From positions 108,562,001 to 108,626,000 of the forward strand of contig CM069136.1 in the NCBI GenBank assembly GCA_035221665.1: a DNA stretch of 64,000 nucleotides, given 5' to 3'. A program made the translations under genes and the position numbers. The notes under the pieces are model-generated. The model did not search any database and was not told where the DNA came from. It saw only the letters and a list, made by a program, of their open reading frames with translations. Origin of the DNA: Okamejei kenojei (Eukaryota). Below, piece by piece: positions 1-10,789 of this stretch (the first letter of the stretch is position 1; each line of letters starts with the position of its first letter).

Positions 1-1199
1 AAATGTCTTGTTACTCCTTTTGTAATAGTGCGTTCTCTTTCTCCTTTCATAAATGTGCATTCCCTGTGCAAGTAACAGCTCACTGGTAGTCTTGCACTTA
101 TCAATTGTAGAAGAGCCACTCTTCATTTGATAAAGTTGCATGCCAGTACCCAAACAGGGTCTCTCGCCAGCTAATTACATATTCTCTCATGGAAAATGTG
201 TCTCATTTATTACATTACAGAATGTGCCAGGCAGCAAAGGGGTCACCATGAGTTTAGAAAAAATTAGCCGCAATCCTTCTGTGCCCATGATATGTGTGAC
301 ATTGGAAACTTGGCCATCAGCAGGCAGTCTTCCTGTGGCTATTGCTTGGAATTGCGACTGCAACTGCAACTGCAACTGGAGGGAAGATTTAATCCCTTTT
401 TTTGTTAAACGAGGCAGGGAATTGTGAAGATGTTATGGTTGTCAGGAGAATATAATTTGTTGAGAGTGTGAGTGCAGCTTAACAGTCGGAAGCATGCTTT
501 GCACAGCAGTGGACTGCGTAGTCAAACTGGCCTCACAATGCCCACAGTAGCCCTAGTGTGACAATTTGTGGATGATTTGCTTTTAAACGTGTCCATGAAT
601 TCACAACCGCAAGACCCAAGTCACAGAATGCTCCCATCACCTGCTGGTCCAATCAGGGAAATAATTGCTGGTTGGTCTACCTGCCTTTTCGTCCACCAAC
701 TGGCTAATGGGATGTCAAGTAAAAATGAAGCTGGGGGCGAATTATGCCAGTCTTTTTATTGAGAAACTCAACTCGGGTACAATACTGAACGAGCAGTTTC
801 TCTCCCGAAGGCTGAAAATTCAAGAAAACAAGTTAAAGCACACCCTGATAACTTGTCCATGATGTGTTGTAGATATTGAAAGAAGAATTTCATTCTGGTT
901 TCAATCTATTGTTCTTTAACTGTGATGAGAAATGCTCCATAACCAGCCTGTGGTTTGGCCTAGGCTCACTGGTCCTTTTCACATTCATATTGGATTCTTC
1001 ACTTGCAGGCGTGGTAGTTGGTCAGTTGTAAAAGCAATAAAAGCATAAGGCAAGATCGCTTTGTCATTTTGTCAGTGCAGTTAGTCTGGGGACCACTGCC
1101 TCTTCAAAGGGGGATTCCTTCTTTGTAAGGCACTCACCTAAAATTAACATTGTTAACTAAATGCTAGTCACCTATTCTACAGTCTTCTTTGGGGACTGA

Positions 1200-1529
1200 A
1201 AGCCCTGTCCCACGGTACGAGTTCATTCCAAGAGCTCTCCCGTGTTAAAAAAAAATCAAACTCGTGGTAAGCACGGAGAATGGACGTAGCGGGTACGTCG
1301 GAGCTCGGGGACGTCTCTTAGCGGTTTGTTACGCTAACGGCGGGTACTCAGGAAGACTTGTTAATGGCAGGTAAGCACGGGAAGATTCGTGAAGATTTTT
1401 CAACATGCTGAAAAATGTCCGCGAGAGCCCCGAGTACCGACGATTGGCCATTACCGTAAATCTCCGAGTTCGAATCTGGGCAAACTCGGGAGATCACTTG
1501 GAATTAACTCGTACCCTGGGACAGGGCTT
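1200..1529. mobile_element. PIF/Harbinger-type MITE
   Basis: ~43-bp imperfect TIRs (AAGCCCTGTCCCACGGTACGAGTTCATTCCAAG... / ...CTTGGAATTAACTCGTACCCTGGGACAGGGCTT), flanked by TGA/TAA (3-bp TWA-type TSD with one mismatch); no coding capacity. Confidence 0.8.
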
Positions 1530-1789
1530 TAAGTTTGGTCTATTTTGGATAATGGGTCTGGCACTGGGACAACGTACTGTACTAAAGATGCTCCATGAGA
1601 GCAAGTTCTTTACTTCAGTTTATTATTATAACAATAGAGCCAAATTGGTGACTGCTGCAGAAGTCTCAGTACAACACAGAGGCCGCTTTATAAACGTTAA
1701 AGTCTATTTGAAATTGGAACAAAAAACAGTACTCAAATTTACTGTTTCTGGGCTTTCTCTCAGTTTTCTGCTCCCCAACAAATTTCAAC

Positions 1790-1985
1790 AAGTGGCGAAA
1801 AACAGCGCTCCCCCGCTTGCCCTGTTCCCCTGCCTGCACAACGGGCTGGTGAAGGAAGCGATGTCTTTATGTGTGTGTTCCACTCTGAGAGTCACCGTTC
1901 CAGTTGCCGGTTTTTCCAGGCGATGGCCAGCAACTTGACAGTCGCCGGCAGTCCGCTGAAAAATTGCCTAAGTGGGACAGGCCCA
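1790..1985. mobile_element. Right end of another Harbinger-type MITE
   Basis: Ends AAGTGGGACAGGCCCA followed by TTA, the same terminal motif as the other MITEs; left end unclear (possible degenerate end at ~1553). Confidence 0.5.
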
Positions 1986-2250
1986 TTAGGATGGCATGAA
2001 AGACACAATATAAAGGCCAGCCTTGCAGAGGAAAGCATCGCTTTGTCTAAACTGTCAGTTGAATCAAGTGGCAGTGTAATATAATCCGACATACCTAAAT
2101 TTAATTTGTCAGGTAAATCCCACTATTTTACCATCAGCAACACAGCACAGGCTTATATCATAATGTGATGTTAACACTCCTCATTAAATTATATTATCTC
2201 CTATTGCAGCCAATCCCATTGTTCTATACATCCCTCCCCCACCTTCTTTG

Positions 2251-2563
2251 AGTTTAGTTTACTTTAGTTTAGAGATACAGCGTGGAAACAGACCCTTCGG
2301 CCTACTGTGTCCACACCGACCAGTGATCCCCGCACATTAATGCGATCCTAACACACTAGGGACAATTTACATTTATACCGAGCCAATTAACCTGTATGAT
2401 GTTGGAGTGTGGGAGGAAACAAAAGATCTCGGGAAAAAACACACGCAGTCACGGGGAGAACGTGCAAACTCCATACAGACAACACCCATGGTCAGGTTTG
2501 AACCTGGGTCTCTGGCACTGCAAGCACTGCAAGGCAGCAATTCTACCGCTGTGTTACCGTGCC
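2251..2563 (-). mobile_element. tRNA-derived V-SINE (HE1-like)
   Basis: tRNA-like head with B-box-like GGTTCAAACC on minus strand, V-domain-like core (TTTCCTCCCACACTCCAA), CR1-like tail and (TAAAC)n end; many copies in window. Confidence 0.85.
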
Positions 2564-2974
2564 ATCCATTCTCTCCTACTGAAAGTCAACTCACATCCCT
2601 CACATCCGGTCTTGACGACGCTTCACAGACCCAAAACGTTGCTGGTTTCTCTTCCCGCAGGTGCCGCCGGGCATGTTGAGCTTTTCCAGCACTTTTTGCT
2701 TTTGTTTCAGATTGTTAGCATCACCGTTTATTCTATTCTAATTTACAATCTAGCAGTTCATATGCTCCAGACTCAAGTGGTGAAGAGATGCTAGAATAGT
2801 TTGTTCTGGGGTTCGTTAAAGACTTCTTAATTCTATTTTGTGACTGTTCATGGTTTCATGCAATCTTCTGAAATCAGTAAATGCTAAAATGGAAGAGTTT
2901 ACATTAGACTGATAGCTTCTCAGAAGTCCCAGTGGTGCAAATAAAAGTATTATTTTTGTACCAACCACTGCTTC

Positions 2975-3105
2975 AGTCTGAAGAAGGGACTCGACCTGAA
3001 ACATCGCCTATTCCTTCGCTCAATAGATGCTGCCTCACCCGCTGAGTTTCTCCAGCATTTTCGTCGACCTTCAATGTTTCCCGCACCTGCAGTTCTTTCT
3101 TAAAC
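2975..3105 (+). mobile_element. Penelope-like element pLTR fragment with hammerhead-like core
   Basis: CTGAAGAAGGGACTCGACCTGAAACATC followed by the AGATGCTGCC...CCAGCA tail seen in the GIY-YIG-bearing copies. Confidence 0.75.
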
Positions 3106-3256
3106 ATTGCTTCAAAATGCTTCTTTCATAATTAAGATAGATTCCTGCAGCCTCAGCTCCTGAGAAATATACTGAATATATTTTCTCAGGTGCAAATGAG
3201 CAAACTAGTATTCTTAGATCTCAGCAAGCTGGTGAAGAGCAGGACAACTTTCTTGA

Positions 3257-3533
3257 TACCATATAACCATATAACCATATAACAATTACAGCACGGAAAC
3301 AGGCCCTCTCGGCCCTTCCAGTCCGTGCCGACCATTTGTTTTCCCCTAGTCCCATCTACCTGCACTCAGACCATACCCCTCCATTCCCTTCACGTCCATA
3401 TACCTATCCACTTTACTTTTAAATGTTAAAATCGATCCTGCCTCCACCACTTCTGCTGGAAGCTGATTCCACACAGCCACCACCCTCTGAGTAAAGAAGT
3501 TCCCCCTCACGTTACCCCGAAACCTCTGTCCCT
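3257..3533 (-). mobile_element. CR1 LINE 3' fragment (family B, TTATATGG tail)
   Basis: Near-identical to the 3' end of the 57265-58752 copy; (ATAACCAT)n on plus. Confidence 0.9.
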
Positions 3534-3729
3534 ACGTCTTTTTCTCTGCTGGTATTAAAAATAATGCTTTGAATGAAGCTGCTAACAGCCACACAATCCT
3601 GGCGTCTCCGAGCTGTAGCCACATCATTAGATTGTTTTTTCACTGGTTGTACACAAGGCTTTTGTGGATTTGGCATTTTAAATGCGGGGGGGGGGGGGGT
3701 GTCACACACTAACCACCCCCACACACATG

Positions 3730-4735
3730 GGGGGGGGTAAGGCGGGGGGGGCAGAGAGGGGAGAGGGTGGCAGGGAGAGGGGAGGGGAGTGAGGGAGGGG
3801 AGTGGGGGAGGAGAGGATGGGGTGAGAGAGGAGGGGGGAAGGGGGAGAGAGAGGGGGGCGAGAATGGGGAGTGGGGGAGGGGGAGTGGGAGGAGAGGTGG
3901 AGAGGGAGAGGAGGGGGAGGGAAGGGGGAGAGAGGATGGAGTTGGGGGGGAGAGAGGGGGGAGTGGGGGAGAGAGGGGGGAGTAGTGGAAGGGAGAGGGA
4001 GGTGGAGGGGGAGGGGAGAGAGGTGAGGTGCAGGGAGAAAAGAGGGGTGAAGGGGAGGGGGGAGAGAGAGGAGGGGGAGAGAGGGGGGAGGGGGGGAAGA
4101 TAGAGGAGGTGGAGGGAAGTGGGGAGGGGGGCTGGATGGGGGGGCAGAGGAGGGGAGGGGTAAAGAGAGGAGCAGGGAGAGAGGGGGAGTGGGGGGAGGG
4201 TGGGCAAAGGGAGGTGGAGGGGGAGGGGAGGGAGAGAGAGGAGGGGAGAGAAGGGGGACAGGGGGAGGGGGGGACAGGGGAGGGGGGGGCAGGGGGGAGT
4301 GAGGGAGAGTAGGGGGAGAGGGGGGGAAAGGGAGAGGGACGGAGATGAGGGTGGAGTGGGGAGGGGTGAGGGGTGAGGTGGAGGGAGGGCAGAGGGGTGG
4401 AGGGGAGAGGGGGAGAGAGAGGAAGGGAGAGGGGAGAGAGGGGGGGAAGGGGGAGAGAGAGGAGGGGGGGGGGGAGTGGGGGTGTGGGGGAGTACGAAAT
4501 GGGAGGGGGTTGGAGGGGGGGAGGGTAGTGGGGGGAAAGAGGGGAGGTAGAGGGGGGTTGAGGGGAGGGGGAGAGTGGGGAGAGGAGGGGGGGGGCGAGG
4601 AGGAGGGGGAGAGGAGGAGGGGGAGAAGAAGGGGGAGAGGTGGATAGCAGTGGGTTGGAGGAGCAGGAAAGGAGCGGTTAGCAGCAGGGAGGGGTGGTTA
4701 GCAGCGGGAGGGAGGGGGCGGGGAGAGGGGTGACC
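3730..4735 (+). repeat. G/A-rich low-complexity tract
   Basis: ~1 kb of GGGGA/GAGA runs, almost pyrimidine-free on plus strand. Confidence 0.95.
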
Positions 4736-4868
4736 GCTCTCTGCGCGTGGAACATCATGCAGCAGGCTGTGAGGAGAAAGTTCTTGAAAAGCAAGCCAGG
4801 AAACTTGTGAGTGCTTGTGAGCACCCCTGGGCTCGGGTGACTTCGGAAGCGCTCTGAAGCTCTCGGAA

Positions 4869-5110
4869 CCCAGAGAGTTGTGAATATGTGGAATTCCCTG
4901 CCACAGAGGGCAGTGGAGGCCAAGTCACTGGATGGATTTAAGAGAGAGTTAGATAGAGGTCTTGGGGCTAGTGGAATCAAGGGGTATGGGGAGAAGGCAG
5001 GCACGGGTTATTGATTGGGGACGATCAGCCATGATCACAATGAATGGCGGTGCTGGCTCGAAGGGCCAAATGGACACCTCCTGCACCAATTTTCTATGTT
5101 TCTATGTTTC
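4869..5110 (+). mobile_element. CR1 LINE 3' fragment (TTTCTATG tail)
   Basis: QRVVN.WNSLPQ-type C-terminus, conserved 3'UTR, (TTTCTATG)n. Confidence 0.9.
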
Positions 5111-5533
5111 AATGGAAGCGCCGTTGGGATCTGCAGAATAGAGAGCAGTTGTTCGTTCTTTCTGCGTCTTTAGAAGAACCTGGGTGGGGTGTGTGGTGAT
5201 GTCACTCATGGAAAACAGTGCCCAACAGGAGCGTGTTGAAAACTGCGCAGCTGGCTGCGAGGAGCAAAGGCATTGTGATGTCATCCAGCTAGCTTCAGCA
5301 CGTTAGATTTTAAAAAGATGTCAGATTGGTGAACATTTCTAGTAAAAAAATAGGGAAATAATTAATTAAATTTACAGTTGAGGGGATTTTTGAAATCATG
5401 CCTTTAGTCTCTACCGGAATATGTAAAAAATTCACCATTTCCGCATCGGGTTTTCGAGGAGATGTGAATCAAAGAAAAGGTTCAAGCTTGAAAGCAAGCA
5501 TCCGCACAAGCGAACATCCAGAGTTTTATGTTA

Positions 5534-7059
5534 CTAGATCAAGGGGGACCCGTTGGGTCCCGTCCCCTCGGGCGGGGGGGGGCTGCAGCGTCACAAACAC
5601 AGTACCATCCCCAACACACACAGGGGGGGAGGGCAGTGAGAGGGGAGTGGGGGGAGAGAGAGGAGGTGGAGAGAGGGGGGAAGGAGGTAGAGAGGGGGGT
5701 GAGAGTTGGGGAGTGGGGGAAAGAGGGGAGTGGGGGAGAAGGTGGAAGAGGAGTGCAGGGGAGAGGGGTAGGGGAAGAGGAGGGGAGGAGGAGGGAGAGG
5801 AGGGGAGATAGAGAGGGCAGAGGGTGGGAGGGTGAGGTGGGGGGAGGGGAAAGGGGTAAGGTAGAGGGAGGGCATAGAGAGAGCAGTAGGAGAGAGTGGA
5901 TGGGGAGAGGCAAAGTTAGGGGGAGAGAGGATGGGGTGAGAGAGGGAGCGAGAGGGGGAGGGGGGAGAGTGGGGTTTGTGGTGGGGGGAGGAGAGAAGGG
6001 GAGGAGTGGGGGAGGAGGGGGAGGGAGGGTGAGGGGAATGGGAGAGAGAGGGAGAGGGAGTGGAGAGAGAGGGGAGATGGGGGAAAGAGGTGAAGGGGGA
6101 GATGGGGAGAGAGGAGGAGGGGAGATGGGGAGAGAGGGGGAGGGGGAGATGGGGTGAGAGAGTGGGGAAGGGAGGTGGCGGCAGAGGGGGAGGGGGGGGA
6201 GGGTGGGAGGAGGGGGGGAGCCAGGGGGAGGAGGGAGAGCCAGGGGGAGCGTGGGGTTTTGGGGAGGGGAGGGTGGAGGGTGAGTGGGATGGGAGAGAGA
6301 GGGGAGGGAGAGGAGAGAGGGGGGGAGATGGGGAGAGAGGGAGAGAGGGGGAGGGGGAGAGAGTGGGGAGGGGTAGTGGAGGAGAGGGGGTGAAGTGGAG
6401 TGGACAGGGGTAAAGAGGTGGGGGGGGAGGAGGAGGAAGGGGGAGAGGAGGAAGGGAGCAGGGAAGGAGAAGGGGAGGGGGAGAAGAGAAGGGGGGGTGG
6501 GGAGAGGAGAAGGGGGGAGAGAAAGAGGAGGGGTGAGAGTAGGAAGCGGGTTGGCAGTGGGGCGCACGTTAACTAATCAACATCAGCAGCCTCAATCGAG
6601 ACTCTGGGGGTAGGGGGATGGGGTCGTCCGAATGCTCCTGTAGGCGGCTCCCGGCTGCAGTCTTCAGACTTCAGGGCCAGAGTAGGAGGGGAAGTGGTCG
6701 TGGCGAAAGAGGTGGGGGGCAGGGAGTGGGGAGCATAACTGGTTGCACATTGAAAGTCTGGTCGTGAGCAGCAAAGGCATTGTGGTCGTGAGCAGCAAAG
6801 GCATTGTGACATCAGCAGCTGGCCAGTGGCAATATTTGAAAATAACAGTCAGTTTGGTGAACAATTTTAGTGAAAATACCAGGAAATAATTTACCAAATA
6901 TACAGAGGAGTGGATTGCTAAAATCGTAAGATAAATCGCTACTGAAATATGTAAAGATTTCCCCGTTTCAGCGTCTGATTTTCGAGGAGATACATTTCAA
7001 AGGCAAAATGACACACACTCACCCCCCAACACACACACACAGTTTTAATAAGTATATGA
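5534..7059 (-). mobile_element. Non-autonomous Helitron B (both termini present)
   Basis: On minus strand begins TCATATACTTATTAAAAC (7059) and ends with hairpin GGGACCC-AAC-GGGTCCC (5545-5561), 7 nt, then CTAG|T (5534-5537); A|TC and CTAG|T junctions, no TSD. Confidence 0.8.
5622..6562 (+). repeat. G/A-rich low-complexity tract inside Helitron B
   Basis: ~940 bp of G-runs separated by A/T. Confidence 0.95.
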
Positions 7060-7319
7060 TATATGATATGATGATATGATCGGATTGCCAGTTCAGAAAT
7101 TACTGGGAACATTAAAACATATGTTGTACACATTCATCGATAATCGCAGGGATATTTGCATAGGGAAATGTTTCAAAAAAGATCATACACATTTTTAAAA
7201 GGGAAAAACATAAAATATCTTCTCTGCTAAAAAACATAATGCAATTAAAGAGTTCATATTTTATATTTACTAGCAGCCACTTAGCCCATTGAGTCCTTGC
7301 CAACAATCCCATCTCTCCC

Positions 7320-7565
7320 ACCAATGTGCGCTCTGATCTATGGTCCTACCAGTTGCAGATTCTAGCACCCAGTCAGACTGCTGGCCAATTAACCTGTCAA
7401 ACTACATGTATTGGGAATTTTGCAGGGATCCAGAGCACCAAGAGTAAACCCACACGGCCATAGGGAGAACATGCAAACTCCACCCAAACAACAGCAGGAC
7501 CAGAATTGAACCTGGCTCACAGCAGCTCAATTATGCAGCAGTTACACCTGTATGCTGCTTCAGTT
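7320..7565 (-). mobile_element. Degenerate V-SINE
   Basis: CCAATTAACC...AACCCAC...GGGAGAAC..GCAAACTCC motifs. Confidence 0.65.
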
Positions 7566-7914
7566 GAATAGTATTAAACTTCCACCTTTAACATGGTAAA
7601 ATCATCTCAGGAGACACTGAATGTTATTTTTGTTAAAATGCGAACATTGGCAACCTCAAAAAATAAGGTCAGTCCTTAAGGCTTACATTAGGGTTCTGTT
7701 CCTGAGAGCTATCCATAAACCAATTTCTCTGTAAGTCAGAAACTTCAATTTTGTTACCACTCCACGATATTTCCTAAGATTCTTTCATTTCATTAAACAT
7801 TCATCTTAACTCTATCCATAATTAAACTAATGGAACATATATACTATCCAGTCATTCATGAATACCATGAAACATTTTATTATTGATATTTCTACCTTAC
7901 TTTAGTATACTTTA

Positions 7915-8052
7915 AAAAATGTATGGGAGAATGCCCATGCGGTCACGGAGAAAGTGCAAACTCTGTACAGACAGCACCATTGTCAGGATCAAACACGAGT
8001 TATCTGGCACTATAAGGCAGCAACTCTACCGCTGCACTCTGCACCACTGTGC
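7915..8052 (-). mobile_element. V-SINE 5' fragment
   Basis: GGTCACGGAGAAAGTGCAAACTCTGTACAGACAGCACC...AAGGCAGCAACTCTACCGCTG. Confidence 0.7.
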
Positions 8053-8079
8053 TTCCTTATTGAGGTATATCACAGTGGC

Positions 8080-9660
8080 GATATCACTGATAAGAGGCCC
8101 TTTGGCCCAACTTGCCCACACCGGCCAACATATCCCAGCTACACTCCACCCTCCCCCCTGCATTTGCTTTATACCCTTCCAAACCTGTCCTATTCAAGTA
8201 GAATGGATAAGGGAGAGCTGGTGGATGTGGTGTATTTGGACTTTCATAAAGCCTTTGACAAGGTCCCACACAAGAGATTAGTGTGAAAAATTAGAGCACA
8301 TGGTATTGAGGGTAAGGTATGGTCATGGATAGAGAACTGGCTGGCAGACAGGAAGCAAACAGTAGGAATTAATCGGTCCTTTTCAGAATGGCAGGCAGTG
8401 ACTAGTGGGGTGCCGCAAGGCTCGGTGCTGGGACCCCAGTTATTTACAATATATATTAACGATTTAGATGATGGAATTAAATGTGACGTCTCCAAGTTTG
8501 TGGATGACACAAAGCTGGGTGGCAGTGTGAGCTGCGATGAGGATGCTTTGAGGCTGCAGGGTGAATTGGATAGGTTGGGTGAGTGGGCAGATGCATGGCA
8601 GATGCAGTATAATGTGGATAAATGTGAGATTATCCACATTGGTGACAAGAACAGGAATGCAGGTTATTATCTGAATAGTGCCAAATTAGGAAAAGGTGAG
8701 GTGCAACGAGTCCCGGGTATGCTTGTACATCAGTCACTGAAAGTAAGCATGCAGGTACAACAGGCAGTGAAGAAAGCTAATGGCATGTTGACCTCATTGC
8801 AAGAAGATTTGAGTATAGGAGCAAGGTGGTCCTACTGCAGTTGTACAGGGCCCTGGTGAGACCACACCTGGAGTATTGTGTGCAATTTAGTTCTCCTAAT
8901 TTGAGGAAGGACATTATTGCTATTGAGGGAGTGCGGCATAGGTACACCAGGTTAATTCTCAGAATGGTGGGACTAATATATGATGAAAGAATGTGTTGAC
9001 TGGGCTTGTATTCACTGGAATTAGAGCATAAGAGGGGATCTTATAGAAATATATAACATTCTTGAAGGATTGGACAGGCTACATGCAGGAAAAATGTTAC
9101 CGATGTTTGGGGAGTCCAGAACTAGGGGTCACAGTTTAAGAATAACGGGTAGACTGAGAGATGAGGAAAAACTTCTTCACCCAGAGAGTTGTGAATCTCT
9201 GGAATTCTCTGCCACAGAAGGCAGTGGAGGCCAATTCACTGGATGTTTTCAAGAGAGAGTTAGATTTAGCAAATAGGGCTAAAGGAATCAAGGGATATGG
9301 GGGAAAAGCAGGAACAAGGTAATAATTTTAGATGATTAACCATTATCATTTTGAATGACTGTGCTGGCTGGAAGGGCCGAATGGCCTACTCCTGCACCTA
9401 TTTTCCTATGTTTCTTTGTTTTCTATCCATGTACCTGTCTAACTGTTTCATAAATGCTGTGATTGTCCCAGTCTCAATTACCTTTTCTGGCAGCTTGTTC
9501 CATACACCCACCACCCTTATGTGAAAAGGTTACCCCTCAGATTCCTACTAAATCTTTTCCCCTTCACCTTAAACCTATGTCCTCTGATCTTCGATTCACC
9601 TACTCTGGGCAAGAGACTCTGTGCATCTGCCCGATCTATTCCTCTCATGATTTTATCCAT
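8080..9660 (-). mobile_element. CR1 3' fragment (family C) split by a younger opposite-strand CR1
   Basis: 8080-8194 (...AAACCTGTCCTAT) continues at ~9426 (CCATGTACCTGTCTAAC...); minus ORF 9517-9828 has KIMRGIDR...RGHRFKVKG..RNLRGNLFT. Confidence 0.75.
8195..9425 (+). mobile_element. 5'-truncated CR1 LINE (decayed RT ORF2)
   Basis: [41 protein letters not shown] motifs with stops/frameshifts; TTTCTATG-like tail. Confidence 0.93.
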
Positions 9661-10559
9661 CTGCAAATCACCATTGCCTGAGTGAACCAATGCTTTTGTC
9701 TTCTCGAGGAGGAAGATCTCTGACTCCGATGGATGGAGATGAAAATAAAATTCTGTGGAACATTTAGCTACATGTAGAATCACTGTTAGAGGGAGTTTAG
9801 AGAGCTCAAATGTAATTGGCTTTAACAATTAATGCTAAACAATGAGGATTTAAATGCAAAGGAGTTAAATAAGACATTGATGAGATGCTTGAAATAGAAA
9901 AAACACTTGAGTATGTAAGCAAAGGTGACAAGCTCTACATTTTGCAAATTGTTTTAGCTGCGGATTTAAGAGACATAATCTTTACGTTTAACTTGTGAGC
10001 CATTCTTTATCACAATTCAGCCGAGGCAGAAAGATCAACATTTGAATGAATACACTTTTTTTGGGTATTATTTGCAATATGATGCTTTTGAGAGGTTGTT
10101 AGGAAAGAAGCAAGCTAACTGAATCTTAGAAATAATTCTGTTGACGTTTGCAGGGACTGTCTGATATAATTATCATGAATTAGTACCAAATTATTATACA
10201 CTGACAATGTTTCACCAGCGCCTGTTTCCCCTTAATAAATTTCTTAATTGTAAAGATGAAACAGAAGCTGAGGAAATGTTGTCAGTGCATAATAACTTAC
10301 CACTAATTTGTGATAATTATATTGTACGTATATAGTTCCTGTGAAATCTACTGCTGTATGCAGTAACAGTTTGAGGCGTGAAAAATGTTGTGTAAATCAT
10401 TTGTTTTCACCAGTTTTGTTCTTCACTTTGTTAAATATACAGGCCACTATCTCCCAGATGGTTTTCTGCCATTTTTACAATAACATTTAGTGTCCTTTCT
10501 CATAGCACCTTCAACAGAACAAAATCATCTCATGACATCTCTTAAGTGCATCACCAAAG

Positions 10560-10780
10560 TAAATTTAGATTTGTGTTTATAATTGTCATGTGTACCGAGA
10601 TACAGTGAAAGCCCAATCAGATGAGGAAATAGTATACTATATGTGAATACAATCGAGTCAAACTCAAGTAATACAAGTAGAGCAAAGGTACAGAGTGAAG
10701 AACATTTTAAAGCATCATGGATCAATTGGCAAAGATCAATGTCCACAATAGGATAGGCGTAAACAGTAGCTTATGTCCTA
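10560..10780 (-). mobile_element. Probable Rex1/Babar-type LINE 3'UTR fragment
   Basis: TTGTCATGTGTACCGAGATACAGTGAAAG resembles the reverse of the tails at ~27860 and ~45350. Confidence 0.45.
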
Positions 10781-10789
10781 GCTTATGTA

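Larger units (their letters stand above)
3684..5533 (-). mobile_element. Non-autonomous Helitron-like element A with polypurine cargo, interrupted by a CR1 fragment
   Basis: 5258-5475 is homologous to 6787-7000 of element B; similar start (GCGGGGGG...GTCACACAC); ends CAGAGTTTTAT like the other copies; CTAG/hairpin end not seen. Confidence 0.6.

Noticed and set aside
1405-1938. 177-aa ORF as a host gene
   Set aside because: Spans two MITE ends and the spacer between them; no recognisable domain
3512-6613. Long Pro/Ser/Leu- or Gly/Arg/Glu-rich ORFs
   Set aside because: Artefacts of stop-poor polypurine tracts; open in most frames on both strands
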